Virus record (IMG/VR): IMGVR_UViG_3300030330_005745
Coordinates: 1-64,000 of that record
Direction: 5' to 3' (one strand)
Length of the DNA stretch: 64,000 bases
Source of the DNA: a virus
Taxonomy: Duplodnaviria > Caudoviricetes
Position numbers and translations under genes: made by a program. Each line of letters begins with the position of its first letter. The first letter of the stretch is position 1. Positions 44,134 through 54,368 of this stretch are shown here, piece by piece. The notes below the pieces were generated by a model. That model was not told the origin of the DNA. It did not search any database and saw only the letters and a list, made by a program, of their open reading frames with translations.

Positions 44134-45774
44134 ATGAATTCCTACCCGCAGGCGCAAGATGGCGGTAATAAGTTTGTAGAAGGTCTTGCTGCCGGTGGAT
44201 TACTGGCTGGCTTGGGATATTTTTCCCTAAATCCCCAACGTAGGGCCGAAGCCAGGCAAAAGATCGCAAATATGGTCAACCCTGACGCTAAATCAGCGAC
44301 AGCAGGTGTTCGTCAAGTCAGTTTACAAGATAAAGCCAACCTTGAGACTGCAGCAGCCGGTGTTCCTACCTCTGCAGCACCCCCTGGACCTACTGCAGCA
44401 GAACGTAAAGCAGTATATAAGGCGGTCGCACAAAAACCAGAGGCTGAATTACCTCAAGTCACCCGTCCTCAAAGCGGAGTAGACGTCGAACTCATCACTG
44501 ATCCGGTCACAGGAGAAAAGTTTGCCCCTGGCCGCAGCCCTGCAGGGACTACCCCACGTAGTTATCTAGAAGATCAAGGGTTTGTCGATAACACAATGGT
44601 GGATCAGCAAGATGCACGTGTTGGTTTGCAAGTTGATCAATCTGTTGCTGCTATCAATGCTGCAGAAGATCAAGCCACTGGTCGAGTCATGCGGCGTCTT
44701 CAAGCCAATGAAGATCTAGACATCGGTGCTGTTAACGCAGCTAAAGAACAAGCCGAAGCAGTTTTAGAAGACACAATTTCTAGAAATCCCGAATTAGCCA
44801 GCGATACGCCCCTGGATGCAGCCGCAAATTCTGTGGCACGCAGTCTTCCGGACGGTGCTCCAATCGATCAGGCGGAAACGGGTGCTCGTATGCAGGGTCC
44901 GATTACTGCACAAGAATTAGTTGATCAAGCAAAACAAGAAATGATTGACATGCGTCTTCGCGTTACTGAAGACCTTGTCAAAAGCACCGGCCAAGAACCC
45001 AGGCCCAGTCAAGTCGAACGCGCACTCGCTGGTCGATTACAGACACAACAACAAGGAGATCCTGGCCGCATGATGACCGGTTCAGGCTTACAAAGAGTAG
45101 AACTTCCTGAAGGAGCAGCAAGCCAGACAGTCACTAGCGTCGGTGCCAGTGAAACTCTTCCAGAAAGAGCTGTTGTTAACATCGGTCCACAGGCGGCTGT
45201 TACAAAAACTGCTGCAGGCACTGCAATCCGAGGCGCTTCGCCTGTCATGGATGTTGCACAACCTGTCGAAAGAACACGCCCTGTTTTTGGTTCTAGTGAG
45301 CCCTTAGTTCCAGGGGCACCAGATGAACGGATGCCTGATCGCCCCGGATCAGAAAGCGCGTTCCAACAAATTCAATCTGCACCAGTCGGTCGTATTGATG
45401 ACTATGCCGAAAATGTAGATCGAGGCGTAACTGCAGGCGGTATTGGTGTCTATGGCCGCGAGCCGAAATTTGTCCCTGGGGCTATGAGTAAAGCTACCGG
45501 TAAATACTCGGCTGCTTCTCAGCGCAAGCCTACAGATCTTCCGTTCAAGGAAGCACCTTCTGGCGGCGCTAAATTCAGTGATCTCAGCTCTGATCAGCTC
45601 AAGTCTTTTATTGAGCGTGCACCGGAGGGACGTGTCAAGCAAGCTGGTTTAGACGAAGCCCGCCGCCGTGAAAATACCGGAGCTTCCTTACAGGCGTCAG
45701 AAGCTTTACGTCGTGCCAGAATTGAAGGACGTGATCCCCAATCTGTTCTCCGTGATTTAGGTTTTGGAGTCTGA
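44134..45774 (+). CDS. Large low-complexity Ala/Gln/Pro-rich protein (putative internal virion protein)
   Basis: 546 aa with an N-terminal hydrophobic patch; first gene of the plus-strand arm. Confidence 0.7.
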   Translation: MNSYPQAQDGGNKFVEGLAAGGLLAGLGYFSLNPQRRAEARQKIANMVNPDAKSATAGVRQVSLQDKANLETAAAGVPTSAAPPGPTAAERKAVYKAVAQKPEAELPQVTRPQSGVDVELITDPVTGEKFAPGRSPAGTTPRSYLEDQGFVDNTMVDQQDARVGLQVDQSVAAINAAEDQATGRVMRRLQANEDLDIGAVNAAKEQAEAVLEDTISRNPELASDTPLDAAANSVARSLPDGAPIDQAETGARMQGPITAQELVDQAKQEMIDMRLRVTEDLVKSTGQEPRPSQVERALAGRLQTQQQGDPGRMMTGSGLQRVELPEGAASQTVTSVGASETLPERAVVNIGPQAAVTKTAAGTAIRGASPVMDVAQPVERTRPVFGSSEPLVPGAPDERMPDRPGSESAFQQIQSAPVGRIDDYAENVDRGVTAGGIGVYGREPKFVPGAMSKATGKYSAASQRKPTDLPFKEAPSGGAKFSDLSSDQLKSFIERAPEGRVKQAGLDEARRRENTGASLQASEALRRARIEGRDPQSVLRDLGFGV

Positions 45775-45985
45775 TATGGCTAAGAAGAAAAAAGACTGGA
45801 TCAAAAAGGCTGACATCAAAGAAGGGGCCTTTACTGCAAAGGCAAAGAAGAAAGGCATCACCTCTGCCCAACTACAGGAGAACGTTCTCGCCAACCCAGA
45901 CGAGTACGATGAAAAGACTGTGAAGCAGGCCAACCTCCGTAAGACGTTGGTAGGATTGAAAAAGAAGAAAAAAGAGAAAAAGTAA
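45764..45985 (+). CDS. Small Lys-rich protein
   Basis: MAKKKKDWIKKADIKEGAFTAKAKK...QANLRKTL. Confidence 0.75.
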   Translation: MESDMAKKKKDWIKKADIKEGAFTAKAKKKGITSAQLQENVLANPDEYDEKTVKQANLRKTLVGLKKKKKEKK

Positions 45986-46612
45986 ATGAAGGACCACCGC
46001 CTTGACCTAGGCCGCTACGTACGTAACCCCTTCAATCGCCAGGGGGATATTAAAAAGCGCCTTGACTTTGACGACTTGTTTAGGTCCAAGGCGACCAGCG
46101 GTGATTACCCCTGGAACCCCTCAAGGTTTACTTCCCAGGATTTACTACGGCGTTCACAAACGCGCAAAACAAAATTAAATCCGGATTTGAACTTCGTAGG
46201 CAATTCCCCGTTCTTTGATGGTAACGAGAATGTTTCATCTGACTATGAGCTATTCGAAGGTCTTGGACGTTTCAATCGTCCTGTGGATTATGACTTTGAT
46301 GAAGGCCGAGCCCTTACTTCGCAGCGCCCTCAGAACCAGCCTGATTTCAATCCCCTCTGGGTCGAAGCATATGAGATGAGCCCCACGGTTAAGCCTGGGG
46401 AAACTGCAAAGAATCCAATGCCGCGCTTGCGTAATCCTGATCCAAATGGTTTCTTGATGGCGCAAGCAGAAAGACGTGCGGAAGACGAAGCAGAAGACAA
46501 ACGTTCTATCTCTCAGCTTCTTAGTGAAGAAGGACCACAGTCAAAGAAGAAAGAAAAGAAAGAAGAACGTGAAGGCAAAGAAACTGCAATTGAAGAACAA
46601 GAAAATAACTGA
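45986..46612 (+). CDS. Hypothetical virion-arm protein
   Basis: 208 aa, charged C-terminus. Confidence 0.7.
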   Translation: MKDHRLDLGRYVRNPFNRQGDIKKRLDFDDLFRSKATSGDYPWNPSRFTSQDLLRRSQTRKTKLNPDLNFVGNSPFFDGNENVSSDYELFEGLGRFNRPVDYDFDEGRALTSQRPQNQPDFNPLWVEAYEMSPTVKPGETAKNPMPRLRNPDPNGFLMAQAERRAEDEAEDKRSISQLLSEEGPQSKKKEKKEEREGKETAIEEQENN

Positions 46613-46640
46613 GATAAAATAGATTTAACGAGGTAAGAAA

Positions 46641-47321
46641 ATGATCCGGCAGCTTGCAAAATTAGGTACATACGCCCGTCCAATCATCAATTTTGGCAAG
46701 AGCCTTGTTGACCCCAAGGAATACGCTGCTGACCTTAAGGCGTTGGCGGGAACTCGTTTAGGTAAAGCTGCCCTGGCCGATGGTGGAAAAGAGTTACTGA
46801 AAAGCTCTGTTCCAGGGGCCGTAATTACAACTGGCCTTAGTACCTTGACGACGGGAAATCCTTTTGCCGGTCTCCTGATCGGTGCGACTGACCTTGGTGC
46901 GAGCTTCGGTTTATCTCGAGCGTTGGCCGGAAGAACGGGCAAAGTCTTAGGCATGCCCTTGTCAGGTCAATATTCTTACCGTGTAAAAGACGGTTTAAAA
47001 ACCGCCAAAGGCACCCCACGGAAGCAAGTGAATCTTACGGATTCGTCAGTGGTTAACCGTGTGTATGAGCAGAGCATGCCTCAGACGATTGCCCAGCTCG
47101 CTGGAAGCGTGGGTGCCGTGGTGGCATTGGAGCCAAGATTTATGCCGCAGGCTTATAACGAAAGTCAAGCTGTGACACAACAACAGCAGTTGGCACAAAT
47201 GAAATATCTAAACAATATGAATACGCCTAATACGGCTGACGGAACTTTGTACCAAGTTCAAGGTATTCCTCAACGACGTGAGCAAGAAAGAATGGCACCT
47301 ATGCCGGGAATGTACCGATGA
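46641..47321 (+). CDS. Putative internal/ejection protein
   Basis: Gly/Ala-rich hydrophobic segments. Confidence 0.6.
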   Translation: MIRQLAKLGTYARPIINFGKSLVDPKEYAADLKALAGTRLGKAALADGGKELLKSSVPGAVITTGLSTLTTGNPFAGLLIGATDLGASFGLSRALAGRTGKVLGMPLSGQYSYRVKDGLKTAKGTPRKQVNLTDSSVVNRVYEQSMPQTIAQLAGSVGAVVALEPRFMPQAYNESQAVTQQQQLAQMKYLNNMNTPNTADGTLYQVQGIPQRREQERMAPMPGMYR

Positions 47322-48250
47322 GTATTGTTAACCAGTTAAAAACCGGTTTTAAAACAGCCGAGCAGGTAATGACCGGTCGGCAAGATTATCGGCATAGTGT
47401 TTTTGACCCACGTTTTGCGCGGGATCTACGTGAAGGTTATGTTAATACCGCACCTGTTTCTAGAGCAACCGGAAAACGTTTAGACGATCCGATCAATACA
47501 AAACCATTAACCACACCTGCTGAATTTGTTGGTGCATATGCGGCACGTCTAGCAACCGATATTGGCACGGATGGAAGCCGTCAATTTTACTGGCGTTACA
47601 ACCATCCTCTTGCAATTGCGGAAAAAGCTGTTGAACAAGCTGTACCACAGTTAGGTGATGTTTCTAGTCCTCTGAAAAAAGCCGCCTTGACGGGAGGAAT
47701 TGGAGGCGTTACTGCAGCTTCTTTAGGTACTTTTGATGTAACCAACCCAGGAGAATTATTTCGTCCTAAGGGGTATGCTCAAACTTACGCTGAAAAAGGT
47801 TCCGAAGACCGTCGGAAAACAGCTGAGCCTGGCATGGAAGTTTTCGACCGTTTCTTCTTAGGCCGTCGTGGCCGTCCTTTGAAATATGAAACTGCTAAAG
47901 CGGACATTCCAAGTTTAACTCCGGAGCGGTACGGTAAAGCAATGCGTAGTCAATATCAAGATCGGGGTGTTTTAGGCCTTGGTCTTCTCAAAGCTACAGA
48001 TGAAAATTTACAAGGTGAACCCGAAGTTAAAGTTGTTGGTTTTCCTGTAGGGTTACAAGCGGTAGGTGCAGTTGGAGGCGGTACCGCTGCCCTGCGTAAA
48101 TCGATGGATAAAAACCTGCCCACACGAAAAGCAGGTGTCGCAGCTCTTGCTGGATCTTTAGCAGGTGCAACTGTTGGCAAGCTGGTCAACTTAGGTATTG
48201 CTAGCGCACGTAATAATCCTGAAAAGTTACCCTCTACTCTTGAGTATTGA
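47318..48250 (+). CDS. Putative internal/ejection protein
   Basis: Gly-zipper-like hydrophobic segments near both ends. Confidence 0.6.
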   Translation: MSIVNQLKTGFKTAEQVMTGRQDYRHSVFDPRFARDLREGYVNTAPVSRATGKRLDDPINTKPLTTPAEFVGAYAARLATDIGTDGSRQFYWRYNHPLAIAEKAVEQAVPQLGDVSSPLKKAALTGGIGGVTAASLGTFDVTNPGELFRPKGYAQTYAEKGSEDRRKTAEPGMEVFDRFFLGRRGRPLKYETAKADIPSLTPERYGKAMRSQYQDRGVLGLGLLKATDENLQGEPEVKVVGFPVGLQAVGAVGGGTAALRKSMDKNLPTRKAGVAALAGSLAGATVGKLVNLGIASARNNPEKLPSTLEY

Positions 48251-48290
48251 GGTTGTAAAATTAAACTATTAAGGTCAACCCTAGAGTGGA

Positions 48291-49076
48291 ATGAATACTT
48301 TTATTGGCTATCCAGGGGGAGGAGTTAGCGCCCCGCCTACGGGAGCTTATCCCCTGGCATTGGCTAATCCCCAATTGGGTTCTTTGAATCCACAAGTCAT
48401 TCGAACCACTACAGCGGCAGGTGCCAAACGTGGCATTGATTTCGCAAAGCTTTTAGGCCAAGGTAGAGCGGCTGCAATTAAAGGGGCGCAGGGCGCAGGA
48501 AAATTTGCAGGAGCCTATGCCCCTCTTATCGGAGGTGCCATGGAGCTGGCGGAAGGAGACGTTGCTGGTGCAGTCGGTAGCACCGCAGGTGGCTACTTGG
48601 GAGCCTTGGCTGGTCAAGTGTTAATTCCGATTCCTGGAGTTGGCGCAGGGGTTGGCGCAATTGCAGGATCAATGTTAGGTAGCGGTGTTGCAGATGCAAC
48701 GAAGAATTTATTACCTGATTTAGAAATCGCTGGCTTGGCGATCGGTGAACGCGCCAAACGGCGTAAAGAAGCTGCTTATCAACGGGGTGAAACTGAAAAA
48801 GATATCAAACTCCAACAAAAATTACAAAGCGAATATTTAACAGGAACTCTTGCACCTTTCCTTGATCAACAACGTCGGCAACAAGTTACTGCTCAGCAGT
48901 CGTTGTTGAACACTCAAGGCGCTATTTACCAAAAGCTTGCTCGTACAGCAGGTAGTTTCCAACTTGCCGGTCAAGGGATGGCCGAAAGCGGCGCACTTGC
49001 CCGTACGGCGCTAGCAAACAATCCTTATGCTGGAGCGACAATCAAAGCACCTAACATTACTTTCGGGAGGGGTTGA
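48291..49076 (+). CDS. Glycine-zipper protein, putative ejection protein
   Basis: GAVGSTAGGYLGALAGQVLIPIPGVGAGVGAIAGSMLG followed by a coiled coil. Confidence 0.65.
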   Translation: MNTFIGYPGGGVSAPPTGAYPLALANPQLGSLNPQVIRTTTAAGAKRGIDFAKLLGQGRAAAIKGAQGAGKFAGAYAPLIGGAMELAEGDVAGAVGSTAGGYLGALAGQVLIPIPGVGAGVGAIAGSMLGSGVADATKNLLPDLEIAGLAIGERAKRRKEAAYQRGETEKDIKLQQKLQSEYLTGTLAPFLDQQRRQQVTAQQSLLNTQGAIYQKLARTAGSFQLAGQGMAESGALARTALANNPYAGATIKAPNITFGRG

Positions 49077-49753
49077 TCATGGAAAGAACCAGAGGAATTA
49101 TTTCGGGACCTCTTGCTAATCTTTTTGGTTTCGGTAAAAACGCTTCTACGTCCCCAGTAGTTCCGGGGATGGCCGCAGGCAACATGAGTGGCTTGCAGCC
49201 TACCCAGGCTGACATGTCTTGGTACAACAAGACAATGCGAAATCAAGCTGTCGATAAAATTCGACAAACACTTCCACCGGAAGACCAAGGCAGATTTGAT
49301 ACTGTTATCGCACAAAATCCTGATAATCCTCTTGAAGCAGCACGGCAATTTCAACCCAGCACGACCAGTTATTTACCCCCGGGTGCTAAAGAATTGGTTG
49401 AAGGACCACAAGTAGATCCAAATATCGGGGCAGAGTATGCAGGACTAACTGGCTTACTTGAGCAATCTAATAAGGCAGCAGATGCGCGTTTAGATCGCAT
49501 GCTTGATTATCAAACTAAAGCAGCTGAGCGGGCTCAACAGTTTGGCAAGGAAGCAGCTGCAGAAGCTTTCAAGTATGAAATGATGGGTCGTATCCCCGAC
49601 ACCATTATGGCTGGTCTGGCAGGATCTGGGCAGCTGATGAGGGAAGGTGCAAAAGATATCTCCAATACCGTAATGCGTGGTGTTGAAGCATTGCCTAAAC
49701 CCAACATTGCAGCACGTACTTATCAACAACCTACCTTTAGGTATTTCAAATAG
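49073..49753 (+). CDS. Putative internal virion protein
   Basis: Gln/Ala-rich helical protein in the operon. Confidence 0.6.
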   Translation: MIMERTRGIISGPLANLFGFGKNASTSPVVPGMAAGNMSGLQPTQADMSWYNKTMRNQAVDKIRQTLPPEDQGRFDTVIAQNPDNPLEAARQFQPSTTSYLPPGAKELVEGPQVDPNIGAEYAGLTGLLEQSNKAADARLDRMLDYQTKAAERAQQFGKEAAAEAFKYEMMGRIPDTIMAGLAGSGQLMREGAKDISNTVMRGVEALPKPNIAARTYQQPTFRYFK

Positions 49754-49772
49754 GTTGCAGTAAACTAAAGCC

Positions 49773-50387
49773 ATGCTTTCACAGTCATCTTCTACATTTG
49801 CCAGCGCCTTCCAAGGGGGTTTTAATCCTACAAACTTTGGTTTAGGCAAAGGCTCAAGTATTGCAGATGCTTATTTAGCAACAGATAGACCTAGTTTTGG
49901 CGGAAGTAATTCAGGAGGAGGAATGGATCCCTTAACGGCTGGCTTAGGTTTTGCCAATCTTGGTGCAAGTATTTTCGGTGGGATGGCCCAGCGGAGAACC
50001 CAAGCCAACATCGCTAACGCGCAGTTAGCTGCGGCAGCGGATCAACTCAAGAATCAAGTTGAGATGACCCGCGATATGAGCAAATTCCAGGAAGCAAGTA
50101 ATATTAACAACCTGGTTTTTTCTGCGGGTACAGGTGCAGATCTGGCGTATGACCGCCAAAGAAAAGCAGCACTTTTTACGCAAGGTCCTTTACGGGAGTT
50201 GAAGTTAGCTGGCGATATGGCTGAACGCCGAGCTTTTCTTGGTCTTCAGGGATCCGAAGAAGCCAAAGCATTATCTCGTCGTCAAAATAAGGAAGCTTTA
50301 AAACGTACTCTTGCAGATAGACAAGGAGCTATGATGGGTATGTTCGGCCGGATTGCACCTGTCAACGTCGAAAACTTATTTGTTTGA
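49773..50387 (+). CDS. Putative DNA pilot-like internal protein
   Basis: MDPLTAGLGFANLGASIFGG followed by a Gln/Ala coiled coil. Confidence 0.6.
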   Translation: MLSQSSSTFASAFQGGFNPTNFGLGKGSSIADAYLATDRPSFGGSNSGGGMDPLTAGLGFANLGASIFGGMAQRRTQANIANAQLAAAADQLKNQVEMTRDMSKFQEASNINNLVFSAGTGADLAYDRQRKAALFTQGPLRELKLAGDMAERRAFLGLQGSEEAKALSRRQNKEALKRTLADRQGAMMGMFGRIAPVNVENLFV

Positions 50388-50397
50388 GGTATAAATA

Positions 50398-51285
50398 ATG
50401 TACGGAAGTCCTAAAGTAACCTATCAATCACCAAAGATTGAAAAGGATAAAAGTTTTGAAAAATATCTGGACTACCAGATTACAAGACAACAAAACATAG
50501 ACGATCGCGCACAGCAAGCAATAGATGATGAAAATGAACGTACTCGAATTAGGAATGAAGCAGGTGCAGCGGGATACGGAAGCTACGCTGATAACATACA
50601 GAATCAGTTAAATGCTGGCCTAATTAGTTTTAATGACGCACAAAGTCGTTTAGAAGGTTATCGTGCTAAATACGATATGCCAGCAGGTGACCGTGCAACT
50701 GCACTCACACAAAACTATTTAGAAAATATTCTTCCGGGACGTCGTGATACCGGTATTACTGCTGCGTACGAAGAGATCTTGGGTCGGGCAGCCACTCCAG
50801 AAGAACGGCAGAAAGCAACGGATCGGTTTGCTCAAGGTTATTACACCAACGTTAAAGATCTGCGAGATTCATTATTAAAGGGAAGTGAGTACCAAGATAA
50901 GTTCAACAAGAGCTACTTGGACAACTACTACGACACGATGTTTGGCAAGCAGGATAAAACTGCTGAAGGTAAGCTGACAGGTGTCCGTACCTTTAAGTTT
51001 GATAAGAACTTGCTTCCTTCCTACGGAGGTGATCTGGCCGACAGAACAAAAGTTAGCCTGCCTAATTTTGCTGATCAATTCAAGGGCACACCTGCGGAAA
51101 TTGAAGCGCAACTTCAAAATGTGCGTGATAGTCGTCAGTTCCTTTACAGTGCTGGTCTGACTAATTTACAGGGTGAAATTAACAAAGAAACCACCAAGCT
51201 CAAGAACGAAGGACAGAAAGAACTTCAGAAGATTAAGGGACAGGGTGACCTGTATAAATCTCTGGTCGGCACGTTTAGCTTCTAA
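50398..51285 (+). CDS. Putative internal virion protein
   Basis: 295 aa; AAYEEILGRAAT DUF4214-like helix. Confidence 0.6.
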   Translation: MYGSPKVTYQSPKIEKDKSFEKYLDYQITRQQNIDDRAQQAIDDENERTRIRNEAGAAGYGSYADNIQNQLNAGLISFNDAQSRLEGYRAKYDMPAGDRATALTQNYLENILPGRRDTGITAAYEEILGRAATPEERQKATDRFAQGYYTNVKDLRDSLLKGSEYQDKFNKSYLDNYYDTMFGKQDKTAEGKLTGVRTFKFDKNLLPSYGGDLADRTKVSLPNFADQFKGTPAEIEAQLQNVRDSRQFLYSAGLTNLQGEINKETTKLKNEGQKELQKIKGQGDLYKSLVGTFSF

Positions 51286-51330
51286 ATATTCACTTGTTAT
51301 AATTAATTCAGTTCCGACTCTTATAAGGAA

Positions 51331-51507
51331 ATGGCTCAAACTCCCGCAGGACAAGCTACTCAGGACGATTACTTTGACATTACTAAGTTCGAAGAGCTCC
51401 TGAACCGCTTGGAAGCTTCTAAAGGCCGTCAGCAGCGCCAGAAGTCTCTCGAAGGTCGTCGTGACATCTTCGCCACCGGCCTGGCTGGCATGATGGGCAA
51501 CTTCTGA
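51331..51507 (+). CDS. 58-aa protein (not in track)
   Basis: Hand translation MAQTPAGQATQDDYFDITKFEELLNRLEASKGRQQRQKSLEGRRDIFATGLAGMMGNF; C-ending codon bias like the capsid gene. Confidence 0.75.
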   Translation: MAQTPAGQATQDDYFDITKFEELLNRLEASKGRQQRQKSLEGRRDIFATGLAGMMGNF

Positions 51508-51533
51508 TAATTTCTTCTAGGATTTTATAAGCC

Positions 51534-51782
51534 ATGACTAGCAGTGTACCCGCCGGACAAACCGATGCCGATGATTGGTTTGATCTAGATAAGTACAAGA
51601 AAGCTGCTGGCGTGGCTTACGAATTTTCCAAAAAGAAAATGGAGACTGCCGGTGAGCAAGAACGAGAAACCATCGGTAAGGGCGCAAGCGAAAGCCGCGA
51701 ATCAGCGGCACAGCAGCAGCGATTCCGCCAGGAAGACGAAAAGCGGGACTACGATCAGGCCCAACGAGCTTATCGATATTGA
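51534..51782 (+). CDS. 82-aa charged protein
   Basis: PAGQTDADDWFDLDKY; similar N-terminus to the previous ORF. Confidence 0.7.
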   Translation: MTSSVPAGQTDADDWFDLDKYKKAAGVAYEFSKKKMETAGEQERETIGKGASESRESAAQQQRFRQEDEKRDYDQAQRAYRY

Positions 51783-52269
51783 GTTATTCGACACCTGGGT
51801 CGATAACTTAGACGCCGCTACTCAAGAATCGTTCACTGCTTTTTGCTCAGATAACTACTCCGTTATTGAGATCTATTTGTATGCCAGATTTCTTGGCTAC
51901 AAAGGCAGTATTCAGCCCTGTGACCTCTGGGTCAAAGACAACTACAAGAAACCGGATCACCGGAAAAAACTCTTGTATGAAATTGACGAGATGCAAGAGG
52001 ACATCCGTAAACTGCGTGAAGACGTAGAAAATGGTGCTGTCAAGCGCGATGCTGGTGTTGCACGTGTTGCTTCCATGCAGAAAGAACTTCGTGGTCATAT
52101 TGACCAGGTAGAGAAGTTTACAAGTACCCGTGACAGAAAAGGTTTGTTGATGGCAGGTGCAGACCGTGCTATCCGTGAACTAATGTTTATTTTTAAAGAC
52201 GATCCCATCGAGATTCCTTTGGAAGAAGCAACGATGAGCGTATGGGCAAGAATGCAGCTGGAAGAATAG
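51652..52269 (+). CDS. Helical protein upstream of terL (terminase small subunit candidate); start uncertain
   Basis: Position and coiled-coil content; only ATG lies 131 nt inside the upstream gene. Confidence 0.55.
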   Translation: MSKNEKPSVRAQAKAANQRHSSSDSARKTKSGTTIRPNELIDIELFDTWVDNLDAATQESFTAFCSDNYSVIEIYLYARFLGYKGSIQPCDLWVKDNYKKPDHRKKLLYEIDEMQEDIRKLREDVENGAVKRDAGVARVASMQKELRGHIDQVEKFTSTRDRKGLLMAGADRAIRELMFIFKDDPIEIPLEEATMSVWARMQLEE

Positions 52270-52323
52270 GGCAATTAAAATAAGTTCATACGCAGAGCAC
52301 TATAAGTGCGACAGTAATTAAAA

Positions 52324-52488
52324 ATGGCTAAGAAGAAAATGCCGCCTCAGCTTCTTGAGTACTTCAAGAAGAAAGAAGCCAAAAAAGAAGATGGCTCTGA
52401 GATGAGCGACAAGGAAAAGCGTAAAGCTGCCTTGGAAAAAGCACGTAAATATAAAGAGCAGAAAAAAGACAAGAAAGAAGAAAAATAA
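52324..52488 (+). CDS. 54-aa Lys/Glu-rich protein
   Basis: Hand translation MAKKKMPPQLLEYFKKKEAKKEDG...KKDKKEEK. Confidence 0.7.
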   Translation: MAKKKMPPQLLEYFKKKEAKKEDGSEMSDKEKRKAALEKARKYKEQKKDKKEEK

Positions 52489-52519
52489 GATAGCATTTAA
52501 GTAGTATTGATCTACTGTC

Positions 52520-54046
52520 GTGCCAAGTTATACGCACCTTGCTTATCGACGAAATGCCAAGGCTGCGGCACGCAATCAACAAATTAAGAAGCCAAAGAAC
52601 GCGGAACTTCTAAAGAAAGCCCGTGAAGACTTTGGCTTTTTCTGTGAGTATGTAGCAGATAAACCGCCCGCAGAACATCACCAGCATTGGCATCGTCACT
52701 TTGTCACGGATCAAGATAGTTCTTGTCTGATTAAGATTGCTGGCCCTAACGTTGATCTTCTTGCACCACGGGGTTCTGCCAAATCAACGGTCTTAGGCCT
52801 TCTTACAGCCTGGGCCATAGGTATTCACACCCACGAAAAACTACCGCTACAAATCCTGTACTTGTCCTACACCGTGGACATTGCAAGATCTAAGTCAGCA
52901 ACAATAAAACGGATTATTGAAAGTAAACGGTATCAAGAAGTATTCCCTTCTGTACGTCTTCTCAAGAACGTAACAAGTAACGAATACTGGTCGATAGACC
53001 ATAAGTTTGCAGGTATTGATACCACAGGTGAAGAACAGTTCACACTATGTGCTGCTGGACTCAAAGGCTCAGTGACATCAAAGCGTTCTCACCTGGTGAT
53101 GATTGATGACGCTATTAAATCAGCAGCTGACATTGCCAACCCTGACATCAGGAAACAGATGCAGGAAAACTGGAATGCAGTTATTGCACCAACGATGTTT
53201 GAAGGTGCCCGAGCTATTTGCCTGGGAACGCGTTTTAGACATGACGACATTCATTCAACAACATTCAACGAACAAAACAACTGGAGTCAAATTGTTTTGT
53301 CGGCTATTCTCAACGATCCTGAAACAGGAGATGAGAAGTCCTATTGGCCTGAAATGTGGTCTCTGGACTACCTGAAGGAAAAGAAACGACAAGCACCGAT
53401 TGCATTCTCGTTCCAGTACATGAATCAGGTTGTCAGACAAAATGAATTGTCGTTGGCACCAGAACTAATTGTTAAGGCAGAGATCTCCACCGAGTTTGAC
53501 ACCTTGGGGGTAGGCGTGGACCTTTCTGCAGGAACCAAGGAGAAAAACGATTACACCGTCATGGTCCTAGGGGGACGTATTGGTGATCGCATTCATATCA
53601 TTGATTACAGGCGGATCAGGGTTATGGGTAACCTTGAAAAGCTCGATGCGATGAAAGAACTTCTCAATGATTGGTCGATCATTGGTATTGATGAAAACAA
53701 GAACTACTACCCGACTTTCTCCACCTGTGATATCTGGTCTGAAGCTGTGCAATACCAGGCTTCACTGGAGGCTGATTTCAAGCGGGTCTGCCTCAATAAC
53801 GAGGGTCTCTACAACCTCATTTGGCATCCCGTAAAAGGTTTCCGTGCAGATAAGCTTGCACGGTTCCGTGGAATCATGGGCATGTTTGAAGACCGGAAGA
53901 TTATCTTTAACCGTTACCGGAACTTCACAAATCTCTTCGAGGAACTCACGAATTTCGGCGTTAGTAGCCATGACGATTGTGTGGATGCGTTGGTTTGGCT
54001 TGTTAACGGTCTAGCTAGAAAAGGGCAGTTACACCTCGATTACTAA
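52520..54046 (+). CDS. terL: Terminase large subunit
   Basis: APRGSAKST Walker A, VMIDD Walker B, GTRF motif III, GVDLS and HDDCVDAL nuclease motifs. Confidence 0.93.
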   Translation: MPSYTHLAYRRNAKAAARNQQIKKPKNAELLKKAREDFGFFCEYVADKPPAEHHQHWHRHFVTDQDSSCLIKIAGPNVDLLAPRGSAKSTVLGLLTAWAIGIHTHEKLPLQILYLSYTVDIARSKSATIKRIIESKRYQEVFPSVRLLKNVTSNEYWSIDHKFAGIDTTGEEQFTLCAAGLKGSVTSKRSHLVMIDDAIKSAADIANPDIRKQMQENWNAVIAPTMFEGARAICLGTRFRHDDIHSTTFNEQNNWSQIVLSAILNDPETGDEKSYWPEMWSLDYLKEKKRQAPIAFSFQYMNQVVRQNELSLAPELIVKAEISTEFDTLGVGVDLSAGTKEKNDYTVMVLGGRIGDRIHIIDYRRIRVMGNLEKLDAMKELLNDWSIIGIDENKNYYPTFSTCDIWSEAVQYQASLEADFKRVCLNNEGLYNLIWHPVKGFRADKLARFRGIMGMFEDRKIIFNRYRNFTNLFEELTNFGVSSHDDCVDALVWLVNGLARKGQLHLDY

Positions 54047-54074
54047 GCGTAGAATTAAAAAAAAGATTGGTCCA

Positions 54075-54368
54075 GTGGGTCCAGAGTATATTGCTGCGTT
54101 TGCAACCTTGATCGTATCCGCCTTTACAGGTGGGGGCTGGGTTGCAAGCAAGATTATTGACCGGCAAAAAGAGCGGATTCAACAATCTTTCGACTACATC
54201 AGTTCACAGAAAAACAGGATCGACATGTTGGAAGATCAAGTCAATCGCATGCCGTTAGATTACGTGCTGAAGGTGGATTTTCTCAGAGAAATCCAGGACA
54301 TGCACGAAAACTTTCGACAAATTAACAATAAGCTTGATAAGCTTATGGAAAAGATATTTGAGAAATGA
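54075..54368 (+). CDS. TM plus coiled-coil protein (holin/hemolysin-like)
   Basis: N-terminal TM; RMPLDYVLKVDFLREIQ...INNKLDKL. Confidence 0.65.
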   Translation: MGPEYIAAFATLIVSAFTGGGWVASKIIDRQKERIQQSFDYISSQKNRIDMLEDQVNRMPLDYVLKVDFLREIQDMHENFRQINNKLDKLMEKIFEK

